A DNA stretch of 64,000 bases from Vicugna vicugna (taxonomy: Eukaryota), in NCBI GenBank assembly GCA_013265495.1, contig MU058636.1:7084295-7148294 (forward strand). Direction: 5' to 3'. Position numbers and translations under genes: made by a program. Under the pieces are notes generated by a model. The model searched no databases. It worked only from the letters and a program-made list of their open reading frames with translations, and was not told where the DNA came from. Below are positions 1 through 12,037 of the stretch, piece after piece; the first letter of the stretch is position 1, and every line of letters begins with the position of its first letter.

Positions 1-564
1 AAGAATTTATTGGGTACTTTCTTTACAATGACTCTAACTAAATATTAAAGTCTGTCTACTGTAGACAGTGGGATGAAGAGAAGTATAAATAGACACTCGA
101 AATTCAGAGCACTTACAACTGGATGAGTAAATGAAATATACATAAGAGCATTTTGAGACAGCTGATGGTAAGTGCTGAATGAGTGCTATAAATAGTGAAT
201 GCGACAAGAGCTAAGCAGGGTGGAAGAATTTTAAGAATGTTTTTGGGGAGACAAAAAAAGAGCAGAGCCTTACAAATTTCTGCCAGTTGGATATGTGTTA
301 TGCATTCAGTGGACATGAGTATCATATCTTGGCTACAGCAGAGAATAATAGGAGATAATATTGGAGTTGTAGGTAAGAACCAGACTGTAAAGAGCCTGAA
401 TCTAGGAATCAGTGTTTTATAGTAGAATAGAATGTAGTATGGAGTTTTAGGAAATTTAAACTGATAACTATGGATGGCATGAATCAGAAACTAGATCTCC
501 TAAAGTTGGGGGGAGCTTTTAGGAGAGCATTACAGGACTCAGATATGAAATTGACTTGTTTCTC

Positions 565-800
565 GTTTTAATAAAAAGTTACTGAACGCTTCTACTATGT
601 GCCACACACTCTATTTGGCACTGACACTTCAGAAGAAAGCAAAGTATGGTTTCTGCCTTGGAAGAGATCATAGTATAGTCAGGAAAACAGACATACATAC
701 ACCAGCAATTCCAGTAAAAAGTCACAATTATTAGTAGGAAAATATACAAAGCTATTTGAAGCCATAGATCCAGAAGGCATTACATTTACAGGAAAAGCTT
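565..800 (-). mobile_element. L2 LINE 3' fragment
   Basis: ttactgaacgcttctactatgtgccacacact... resembles the reverse complement of the L2 3' end; boundaries approximate. Confidence 0.5.
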
Positions 801-974
801 CTCATAGTACTTTCATAGGCTTCTCATAGGCAATATGTAAGCTGGAAATTTCTTTAATTTTTCTTAATATCAAGGTTCAGGGAAAAATAATATTTTTATT
901 ATTTTTGCTTAGTTTTATTATTTCTTTGTGAAACATTTCTTTAATGTCAATATCAACATTGGGAACAAATGATA

Positions 975-1220
975 AATAATAATACTTATTGAGCGATTTC
1001 CAAATGTTGCAAGCATGGTTCTAAGTGTTTTATGCATATTTACTCATTTAATCCTAACAATAACCCAAAAGTTCTTATTCTCATTTCACCAATGGGCAAA
1101 TGAAGTACAGAGAAGTAAATAACTTGCCCAAGCCACAGAGCTAGTACGTGGAGAAGTCAGGATGCTAATGTAGGCAGTTTGGCCATAGACCTTCACTCAA
1201 CTGCAATAGCATACTGCCTC
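975..1220 (-). mobile_element. MIR SINE
   Basis: ctcatttaatcctaacaataaccc...gtaaataacttgcccaagccacagagctagt is the reverse-complement MIR core. Confidence 0.8.
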
Positions 1221-1419
1221 TGGATATTCACAGCGACATTCAGTTTCACCTCCAGTCACCAGCCTTAATCTATCAAGTGCTTTAAGACCTAAACAATTAA
1301 TTATTTTTAGACAATTATTTTCATTTTTATTATGGTTATGACTTTTGTACACAGGAATATTCTACCATTAGATCTGGGTCTAGAATTATCATCTCCAATG
1401 TACAAGCTGGTACTGTTTT

Positions 1420-1790
1420 CAGCGAGATCTTAGATCCAGAGAAGCAAGACTCTGAGACAGAGACTTGCTTGCAAGAAGTTTATTGGAGAGTGTCCTTGGG
1501 ATCAACATCTGTGGGGGAGTAAAGAAAGTAAAACTTAGCAGAAGGAAAAAATGAACCTCAAAGTAGTTGCAGTGGAGACCTCAGCAGATCTTACAGGGAA
1601 GCAAGAGCTGAGATGACCTTTCAGAGATGTCTTACCCTTGCAGCAAGGGTACCCGGCCTCATTACCTCCACTTTGCAGTCACTGGATGCAGACTCCTGGG
1701 AAGGAAAGGATCTTGAGTGAGAGGGCTTTCTCCTGATGGTGGCGGCTCCTAGAGAACACCACCAGCCACAATATGAGCAACTCAGCCACC
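1420..1790. mobile_element. Old ERVL-type LTR (LTR16-like)
   Basis: cagagaagcaagactctgagacagagacttgcttgcaagaagtttattggagag resembles LTR16-family ends; subfamily uncertain. Confidence 0.5.
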
Positions 1791-1810
1791 AACCCAACAT
1801 CCAGGATAGA

Positions 1811-1979
1811 GTAGTTCTCAGAATCACCTGGAGGGCTTGCTGAAACACAGAGCATTGAGCCCCACCTCAGAGGTTCTGATCCAGTAGGTTTAGAGTGGGG
1901 CTCAAGAATTTGTATTTCTAACAAGTCACCAGGTGATGCTGATGCTACTGGTCTAAGATCCACACTTTGAGAACCACTG
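1811..1979. mobile_element. MER5A-like hAT-Charlie MITE
   Basis: agaatcacctggagggctt...gatgctgatgctactggtc...cacactttgagaaccactg, with terminal inverted repeat-like ends. Confidence 0.8.
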
Positions 1980-4900
1980 CCCTATACCTATATTCTTTAA
2001 AAGACACACCTTAAAATAATTGTGTTAATCTCCCATAGCATTCACATCTTCCACAGCACTGTATGTGCCACACGTGTCGGCACTTATAGTAATGTGTCCT
2101 TAGCATTTTATGTCTTCTTCTCTCCATTGGGATTATGAGGTCAAAGTTTTGCACTATAAATACCTGTCAGATTGAACTGATTTAATATTTATGCTCTATG
2201 TTTGCATGATTTTGTGGTCTATTATGTGAGTTGACTAGAATTGCTATATTTAAATTTAAATTTAAATTTCCTGGATTAAAAAGAAGAGTTGCAAAATACA
2301 GTCTGATTGAAAAGATGAAACAACCCTTTCTGGCTTCATGTTTTTAAAAATATAGGTCAATGTGACCTAATAAATTCACATTTTCTGCAAAGATATTCAG
2401 TATTTCTCTTACACTCTCAGATTTACATGAAATGTGAAGTACGTTTTGTGACCCATTTCTTCCTCTGAGGTCTCTCATCCTTGGTCAATTTGTCTTTTCC
2501 TCCTTTCTAAATGCTTTTAAAAATAAGACTCTCCATAAAGCACACAGCAGCAATGTCCTAGAATTAATACAGTATGTAGAGTTTTAGACCCTCATGTGAC
2601 ATGTGTATATATACAAAATTACATAGAAATAGACACATTTTCCTATATGTATGTAAGCTTTGTAAAGATACTTTACATAGTAAAAGAAGCTTGTCAAATA
2701 CTCAGAAAACGTACTGTTTTTAAAAGACACGTAAAGGCCAACAAATGCTTTCATGGCCTTTATTTTGTTGTATTTATAAATTCAATAAATACTCGTGATA
2801 GAAAATTAGAAACATAGAAAAGTACAATTTAAAAACCCAATCACTTGTAATTCTAGCCGTAAATATCACAGTTAACACTTTGGTGATTTTTCTGTTTTGG
2901 TTTTTTTTTTTTTTCCCTATGTGTGACAGTCTTTGGGAATCTGTTACATATACAGGTTCACATTCTACTTTTCTTCATCCCATTAAATATTCTTTGAAAA
3001 CATGACCTTTAAAACTGCATGAAAATCTGCTTAGGACTGTGGTGTCATTTATTTATCTATTCTGAAACAATTGATCTTTAATTTTTAAAGAACACTAAGT
3101 TTTGGAAGACTTTTAATGGTGCTTAAGAGTTTGATTTAGATATATGGGTTCAACCTCTGATTCCCAGATTGACCTGGTTTCTATTCATTGTGTTCCAAAA
3201 GATACAACTTCTGCCTCGTTTTATACTTTGTTAAATAATACTATGAACAAGATATTAAAATCTGGCATTCTAGCATTTAAAAAAAATTTAGAGTGATTGC
3301 TTACTAGCTTCGTGTAAATGATCCCGTTGGGTTTGGGGGCTTTTTTTTTTTTTTTAAGTTTTTTGAGTTGTTTTTCATATGATCAGCTAATGAATTCAGT
3401 ACAACTTCCCCAACGCCAACCTTTTTCTCCTGTTTAGCATTTTCCACTTTTTTACTCTGTGATGTACAAGCCCTCCCTGGTTAATTATGTATATATTTAG
3501 CTACTGCATGTGTGGGGCTTATTATTGTCATCTAATTAGATGTAACTTGAACTGCTTGCTTCTAGAAAAATCATTAAAAATTCTTTCCTAATGACCTAGA
3601 GATGACAAAATGTCTGTAAAGTGTGAAGAAGCAGACAAGCACAGGAACATCACTCTTAAAGAGTGTTAATCCAGATGCTGCAATCATCTAATTAAACAAT
3701 ATTTTGCTGTCATTAACATTTTCACCAAGGAATTGCAGTTATAATTTCTTTGTCAGCTGTCTCTAGATCACTTTACCTTCAAAACTAAAGTGCCATATAA
3801 AAACATTAAATTGGATGGTTTAATTAAAAAGGTTTTTTTTTTTAAATGAAGAAACATATCTGGTGTTTCTGAGATCTCATTTACTGTGCTTCACTTTTAT
3901 TGTTTGAGTAGATTAGTGTCACAGGCTTGCAATATTTAATATTCATCTTCTAAGATAAATCCTTATAAGTATAGTAAGTAAAAAGAATTCTGCACTTATT
4001 ACTGCTGGAGAAGGAAGAAACCCTACCAATTACAGCACAAGATTATTTACTAAATATCAATTATCCTAAATTTAAAAATCGATAAATAAGTACCTCCATG
4101 TGCCAGAACCTAACAGGTATTTGGAAATATTTCACTTTTTTGTTAGTAGGTAAGTTAGTAAACAGCAGGATTTTGTTTTTCATTTCACAGAGGTGTTCAG
4201 TAAAATAATTAAATTAATAATGCTAATTCATGGCTGAAACTTATAAATGCAAAATCCCAGAGTACCACTACTTACTCTTTTTCATCCACGTGATTTTTAA
4301 GTACATTGTGAATTTTTAATTCAAATCAAAAACATTTATAACTGTCCATGTGGCAAAGCTTTTATGTGGAAATTTTTGTTTAGAAAAGGTTTTAATGTAA
4401 CTATGTCAGAACATCTATTTATATAGTTTATTGTATTTATTAGAATTAAAATATGCTATAAAGTTTTAGTAATTTAAAACTTACTAAATTTTCCTAAGCA
4501 TTTATTTTTAATGAACATTCCAAAGATTACTAAAAATGAATTACAAAAAATGCGGGACAGATTAATTGCCATGAGCTGTGACTGTTGGCATCAATCAATT
4601 TGTTTGTGTGTTTTAAAGATGATGCCTTCTTTTCTTTGTAGTTTTCTGAAAATAGCATTATATCTTTTCTTATACTAGAAAATGACGTCCAGTAAAAGGC
4701 TGGTATCTTCCAGTATGGTCTCTATTTTTACGTTGTTTGTACTTACACATTTAAGTACTGAATTAATGTAAACTAATTTTTTATTGATTTTATTTTGACA
4801 GCTTTTCTTTACTATACAAGTGATAAAACTACATAAATTTTAAAAACCATTATGGTATCTAATTTTCAGCTATTAATTGATTTATAGAAATAATATAAAT

Positions 4901-7104
4901 GTTATATAAATAACATCAAGTTATTCTCTAAAAAATACACATATATCATTAAAATCTATAAATTTTTTAAGTAGAATGGTAACCCAGAAAATGGCAGAGC
5001 ACAGAATATGCCATGGACCTACTTAGAATCCCAGAAATAGCTTTACATAGCCAACCTTGATTCTCTGTGTATGTGCTGAGAGTAATCAGGTGTCCTAGAT
5101 TAACATAAACGTGACCCTCAGTGATAAATTTTCAATTTTAGAATTTTATGCTGTATATTTTACAATGATACTGCTTTAGCAGAATATTTTCATATATGAA
5201 AGACTTTAATTGAAAGGTCCCAAATTCTTGTTTATTCTCATCACTATGATTCTTCACAATAGACTTACAAACATAAAGCAGGTGCAGTCATTGGCTGAGC
5301 TGTCGAGCTGCAGATATTTCCTTCCGGCGGTTTACTGCGCGCATTGACAACGCCATGCTCTCTCATACGCACTTCTGTGCCTTTGCCTAGTCCTCATCCT
5401 CCAAAGAGACTATCCTGCAATTTTCCTTTTTTATTTGGCCATTGTTTGTTCATCTTTCAAAATTTGGCTCATTTTATCCCATTTTTATCACATATGTAGT
5501 ATGTATGTTCACATATGTGTTCATTCCTTCAACAAACGTATATGTTCGCTCTTTCAACAAACATCTATTGGGCAAAGAGAATGTGCCAATACACAGAGTT
5601 TTTTTTTTAAGCCCAGACCCTCCATTCTTGAGTTTACAGACTAGTGGAGAGGCAGGGAAGGAAACGGTGCTGTGCATCGGCTGTAGCACGTCTGCAGCCG
5701 TGCTGTGTCGAGAGAACAAAGAGCAAACACTAACCCTGCTCTCACCTCATTCCGGGAAATGCAAGGTGGAAGCAACATCCTGCTTTCTATCAGTTACCTG
5801 CATATATAATACATGCCTACATTAGTTTATGCATTTAAAACAGTATGTAACGTTGTGGTAAAATACAGATTCCTGTAAGAAACAGATAAAATAGTCAACC
5901 AATAAAATGTTTCCTCAATGAATTAATTAATTTGATTTGATATTTGTAATAATGGATTTAGGCCTTCCTCAGATTATGGTTGTTTTTTTTTTCAATTTCA
6001 TAGTCAGGTTTACCAACTGCTACAAGCATAGGTATCTTTTAAGGTCAGTTGTTAGTGACGGATGCGATAACGTAGGCATATCTATGCTACTGCTCTGCTA
6101 ACGTGGTCTGCGCAGCAAGGCCTCCAGGGTGAAATCCACATCACTGAGTATCAGAGAAACAGCTATTTGCACGGATTTCAATAGAAGTTTAGAAAGTCCT
6201 ATGATCAGATCATAACACATTTTTATAAAAATAATCTTGTCCAAAGAAAGTTTTCTTTGGACCTTTGGACCCCGTTTCTTTAATAGTGTCCCTGTTAATT
6301 TCTTCTGATCATGTGTTATTTCAGTATCAGTTTATCAGGGTGAGTCAGTGCTGTGCTCTCTCTAAGCTTTCGACAGTCCCAGGGCCTTCAGTATCCCACC
6401 CATAAAGCTTAAACATTCTGTCAGAACAAACAAAAAACAGAAAAAAAAAAAAGTCAACCTAAGATCCAGCAGCTCTCCACTCAACTGAAACAACATGATA
6501 CAAAAGGAAAATTCATGAACTTGAGGGAGTGAAAGAAATGTGCCTGACGTCTGCGTCCGTGCTTTTTCTTGCTGGCTTCTGGTAACTTGAACATTCTCTC
6601 CATTGATTCTTATTAGAAGCACAATGTTGTAGTCTGTATACTGGCAGTGTAACTTCTAGATACGTACTCATCATAGTAGGACACCATCACATAGTCTGCA
6701 GGTGTTCGGGCCAGCAGGGGAGTCTCCTCCACCATCGCTCTCAGGGACACTGGCCTGCAAGGCGTGGCTTCCAGGGTGGCGATAGCATCCTCAGCAAAAG
6801 GGAGCTGGAGCCTGGAGCACCCGTGTGGCAAGTTGCAGGGGCCCAAACCTGCAGGGGCGGATGTCATCTCTGCTCACATTCTGTAGATTAGAACTAAGAC
6901 TGAGAAGTGTGAGCCAGCTCAGGATGGAGAGAAACTGACTATGACAAACAGCTAGCAATCTCTACCACAAGCTTATATCATAAAAAATTAATTTACTCAC
7001 ATCTTCATTTTTATTGAGTGAATTCACTTGAAACACATTGTTATGAGAGTGCTTTTGATCAAAGAGACATACTTCAATAAACAAAGGAGTTACTTTTCCT
7101 CTGA

Positions 7105-7341
<237 letters not shown>

Positions 7342-7666
7342 TAAGGCTATATTCTAAAAGCATTTCTACCAGAGTATATATAGTCAATGAATGTTTATAA
7401 GAAAGTAAACCTGGATGACTTCTCTTTTTGTAGTCAGCATCTAAATTTTGTCAATTCTTAGCATAAGAATCAAGTTACAAGAAGATAAGTTAGCACCAAT
7501 ATAGGCAAAATGTAATGGATAGTTGAGAAAAAGCAGATGTAGGGAGAGGTTGCTCTGATATCCTAGGTTTTAAAAGGCAAGGCAAGAAACTTGAAATTAA
7601 TATAAATATGATGGCGAATAATTTCTGCCATGTACTTCTTAGGTCATCTGACATTTTATCTTGACC

Positions 7667-7669
<3 letters not shown>

Positions 7670-7707
<38 letters not shown>
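7670..7707. repeat. (AC)19 microsatellite
   Basis: Perfect dinucleotide run seen directly. Confidence 0.97.
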
Positions 7708-7709
<2 letters not shown>

Positions 7710-8284
7710 TAGGGGAGCTTAATACTGCAAAGAAAGTAGGCCACAATAATTTATCAAGGGTCTGCTAAGATGAGAGAAGATTTGGCCCAAAAATGGCAAG
7801 AAAAAAATACATAATGGGTGATAAGAATAGAAAGCAGATTTTTGGTTAGTTCACCTTATTTGTTGAGAGGAAGTTTAAGTGGGATACTAAACTCTTTGAA
7901 ATTCAGTGAAGAATTAGGAACAAAGCCCCCAGAGCTGCTCTGTAGCCTCAGCCAATGTCAGAGCCAGGCCCTGAAGTGTGTAATACTTGAGCCATATGAA
8001 GCCTCAGCCCTTTCACATTTTGTTCCTTTTTCTATCATAGTTGGTTAGCTGGCTTAGCATTCCACAGCAGGAGAAAAGGCACGTGGGCAGGTGTATGTAT
8101 GTTTGGTTTTGGAACGCGGTGGGTTGAGGAGCTCACAGACAGGGGAGCGTAAGTCCTGCAAGGAAGGGAAGCGTGCAGTGAAACCAACTTAAAATTAATC
8201 TCATAGATGGTTTTTAACTCAGCACACCTTCTCTTGCCTTTTTCCTGCCTTTGAAAACTAGTTCTACCTAAGCTGAAGTTCTCT

Positions 8285-8465
8285 ATGCCACTTTTCACTA
8301 GCTGTGTGACCAGAAGCCAGTTTCTCTTAGCCTCAGTTTCCCCATTTATAATATGAGAATAATAATACTCTCCAACCTCATACAGTTGTAAAGAGCAAAT
8401 GGCATGTGCAATTAAAGAACATAACACAGTACTTGCAACATAGGAGCACATCGTGAATATTAGCT
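8285..8465 (+). mobile_element. MIR SINE
   Basis: ctagctgtgtgacc...gcctcagtttccccatttataatatgagaataataata MIR core. Confidence 0.8.
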
Positions 8466-8929
8466 TGGTTACACATGGGATACTTCTTAGCTTGTTTCTG
8501 GAGCCTGTGTACTAATTTTTTGCATATTCTTATCTGTCATTCACTCTCTGGTTCTTATATTTTATGTGACTTCCTTATCAAACTTGCTAGCTCATTGCTA
8601 ATTTTAGCATATGATATTATAGGTATTCAAGAGACCTAAGAGATCAATTAGCCAACAGCTTACTGAGAGTCACACAGCTGGTAAAAAATAATGCTAGCAA
8701 TTGAATTTCAGTATGATTGCAAATATAGTAATTATTTGCAGTACAATTGAACTGAACAAAACTCTTTAACCATTTACTACGTGTGAGTGAGTATTTAAGC
8801 TCAGGGAGGTAGAAGCACAGTAATTCACAAGGCCCGCCCTCCGGAAGGGAATCTGGTTACAGATTATCTGAATGATGAAATCGCTCTGTGCAAAATTAAG
8901 AACGTACTACATTAGAGAACTTCATGAGG

Positions 8930-9160
8930 CACAACAGCCAGTGGTTAGGAATGGGAACTCTGGAGTTGGACTGCCTGAATTCAGATCCTAATCCTGCCTT
9001 AGACTACTGTTAACAGGGCCTCAAACCACTATTTATTTCACTTTGCCCAGTTTCCTCACCTGTATAATGAGGACAGTAATAATAGGATTGTAGTGAGACT
9101 TTGACAAGTTACTGAGTGTGAAGAACTTAGCAGAATGCCTGGGGCATCAGCGCTAGTTAA
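8930..9160 (+). mobile_element. MIR SINE
   Basis: gtggttaggaatgggaactctggagttggactgcctgaattcagatcc head and cagtttcctcacctgtataatgagga core. Confidence 0.8.
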
Positions 9161-11099
9161 TACGTGTATGTAGAGGTAATGCAGCAAATCAGTGCTGTGT
9201 GCCGTAGACTGAATTGTCTTTCAAATAATGATGATAAATATATGCTGCTACATCCTTACTGGAATTTGAATGTTTGAGTGACATGCATTTCTGACATGAC
9301 TTGCTGAGGCTGAGGTGGAATCTTTGGGTGTGAAGCAAAACCAAACTAACTTATTAAAATGAGGGTGAAAACTGTTAAACTAGTTCTTTAACAAAAGCTT
9401 ATCTACATATGTTTTAGTCAACATTAATTGAATGGTCATTGTGTATTAGACATTGTAAAACATATATACAATAACAATGTATGGTGTAAATTCTCATGTG
9501 GCAGAAAAAAGAGTGTTAAAATATCATAAACTGATTACTAATATGGCTATTTTGGATTATTTTTTAAACTGGAAAGAAGATCCTTTTCCTTTGAAATCAA
9601 CTGAGATATCTTGGTAAAAGGAAGTTTATAGACCAGAGTTCCTTTCCTTCCTCCACTCATGTGTTCATTCAGTCCTTCATTCAGTCAACGACTAGTTACC
9701 ACACACTCACTATGCGTATGTCAAGCACTGTACTAGGTGGGAGAGGGGACGGCAGTTACTAAAACAGGGTCTCAGCCACCTGGGTAGAGTCCCTTCTAGA
9801 GCTGAGATGAAAACTCGGTTACCAGAAATCTGTGAGGCCAGCATTACGACAATAGGTACGTGGAGACTGTAGCAGATTGGAAGTTGCAAGCTCAAGTACG
9901 CGAAGACATTTGGACTCAAATGTTCCTGAAACACTTTCCCAAAGAAAACATGCCTTCCATTATGACTAATATGGATTATAGAAGGTATACGGGAAAATAT
10001 TATCTAGTAATTATAGATTTTTAGTTTATCCACGTGGAAAAGATGAGATAAATGAGGAAGTCATTGTTTCTAAGTTAACTGGAGTATGTAAACGTTCTTC
10101 AAATTTTTAAAGCTGATCTATTTAATCTGTATTCCTTTTGGAGAACTTTTCCCTTTGTGACCCACATGTGCTCTCCTAAGTTTGTTTAGTGTTAGATAAA
10201 CAGAAGAGATAAACAGACAGCCCAAATAAATTAGGCAGCGTGAACACTGACTGTACTTTTGCAAGCAGAGTCCTTCCTGTTGTGAACATTTGAACTCATA
10301 GTTCTTAAAAGATAGCTCTTTCTTCCAAATTCTACTATGTTCCATGCTTTAGCAATTTGTTCTTTATATTCTATCAGGCTAACATGATAGGAAAATGGTA
10401 GCGAATTAAAGCCTCTTGATATGTTAATAAATTACCCTTGCATTGTTTCTGTGCTTCATTGAATTTCTTAATAGGAACTTCTTACAAATGGGCTAGAAAC
10501 CCAAGACTATGCTGTATAAAAATCATTAATAAACAAGATTTTAATGTGTGAAAATATATCATTTTATATGCCTAATGGGAAAATGACATTTGAAGTATAA
10601 TAATATAATTGGAAGGGAAAACTGCTAATAACACACTATTGTTGTAGTGAAGAGATGGCCACTGAGAAGTACATGAAATTCTTGTAGCTGTAATCAGTAC
10701 TACAAATTAAAATTTTAATGGAGAGTTTGTTCATTCTTCAAAAGCTCAAGGAACCTTTAGAATATTTGAATGATATAATTAACCAGAAACATTCTAGAAG
10801 ATCTCTAACAACAAGAGAAGTTGTTCCTAAACAGAGATTGGGACCCAGGTAACAATTTCTAGCAATGAATAATTCTAGAATTTGTTTCAGTAAACAACAT
10901 TTGGAGCCCCAAATAATTTTTATATTCTTTACTGCATAAAAAATTAAGAACCTATGAAATGAGCAATCCTAAAAAAAATTAATAATTTATTTTCTTTCTT
11001 TATACCCCCGCATTACATTGGCTTTATGAAATTATGTGTTCTATCAGGGCTTTTAAATGAATGTTTTAGACAGCCCAGCTTGAACAATTGGCTTGAATA

Positions 11100-11600
11100 A
11101 TAAATCAATATTATTGGTTCTTATAAGTGAAAAATTCAGAGGAAGGCTTAGTTTTCAGCCAGATTTTTCCAGTAATGCAGATAGTGCCACCAAACACCTG
11201 ATTCTTTCCACTCTTCCCATTCTACTCTGCCTTCCTCACTGTGGGCTTCATACTCACCCTCTGCTGGATGGCTCCACGCACTCCCTTTTTAGGAGCGAAA
11301 TAGCTGCAAGTTTCAGAACTCACATCATTCCATCCAGAGAAAGAGAGCATCTCCCCAAGTAGCTCTCATGAAAGACAAAGAAACTGTTCTTTCCCAGCAA
11401 TCCCAGAAATTGTCTCCTCATATGTGGTTAGTGCAGCTTACAAGGGACGGGGTGTTATTAATTGGAGACAAGCCAGTTATTTTCCATGGTTGGAGTTGTA
11501 AGTAGAGTCATGATCAGACAAGAAGCTGAGAGTTGGCCAGAGGAACTTTGGATTCCTGTTTCCTGAAGAAAGGGGGCCTGGTTGATGGGCAACAAACAAC
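11100..11600. mobile_element. MLT1-family (MaLR) LTR, degraded
   Basis: ctcaccctctg...atagctgcaag...cttccc...gtctcctcatatg pattern typical of old MLT1J-like LTRs; approximate. Confidence 0.45.
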
Positions 11601-11859
11601 TATTATTATAAAGTGTCAAATATACTATATCTGAACATTTCTTCTTTATAATTTATATGATCTAGAGAAAAGCAAATAAATTACAGGTTTGTATATGTAT
11701 GGTTATGATGTAAGAGGAGCTTTGCAAAGTGCTCAGAGGGTGATGAAGTATAGTACTGACCCTCAAGGAATGATCATTGTTTATTAAGGGAAAAAAACAA
11801 TAGGCAGCAGGTTGATTATTACATATGTACCGTTATAATGTATGACGTTCAGTGGAGTC

Positions 11860-12037
11860 AAAGTAAATTTACCATGATTAATTAAGCTAATTAAGCTTAA
11901 GCTTCAAAGCCCCTCAAGTTTCAGGGGCTTCTTTTTATCCCTTGTCCCTAATTTTATGTTTATAGTCTCATGTTCATTTTCTTAAATAACCCTTCTCCTG
12001 CAAATTGCTTATCTCATAAAACCCAAATCTGTCCTCA
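11860..12037. mobile_element. hAT-type MITE (MER69A-like)
   Basis: atttaccatg...aagcttaagcttcaaagcccctc...cctaatttt...aaaacccaaatctgtcctc resembles the recalled consensus. Confidence 0.55.

Noticed and set aside
11876..11932. Palindromic ttaattaagctaattaagcttaagctt and gcccct...aggggc hairpin as a structured RNA or terminator
   Set aside because: Explained by the internal symmetry of a hAT-type MITE.
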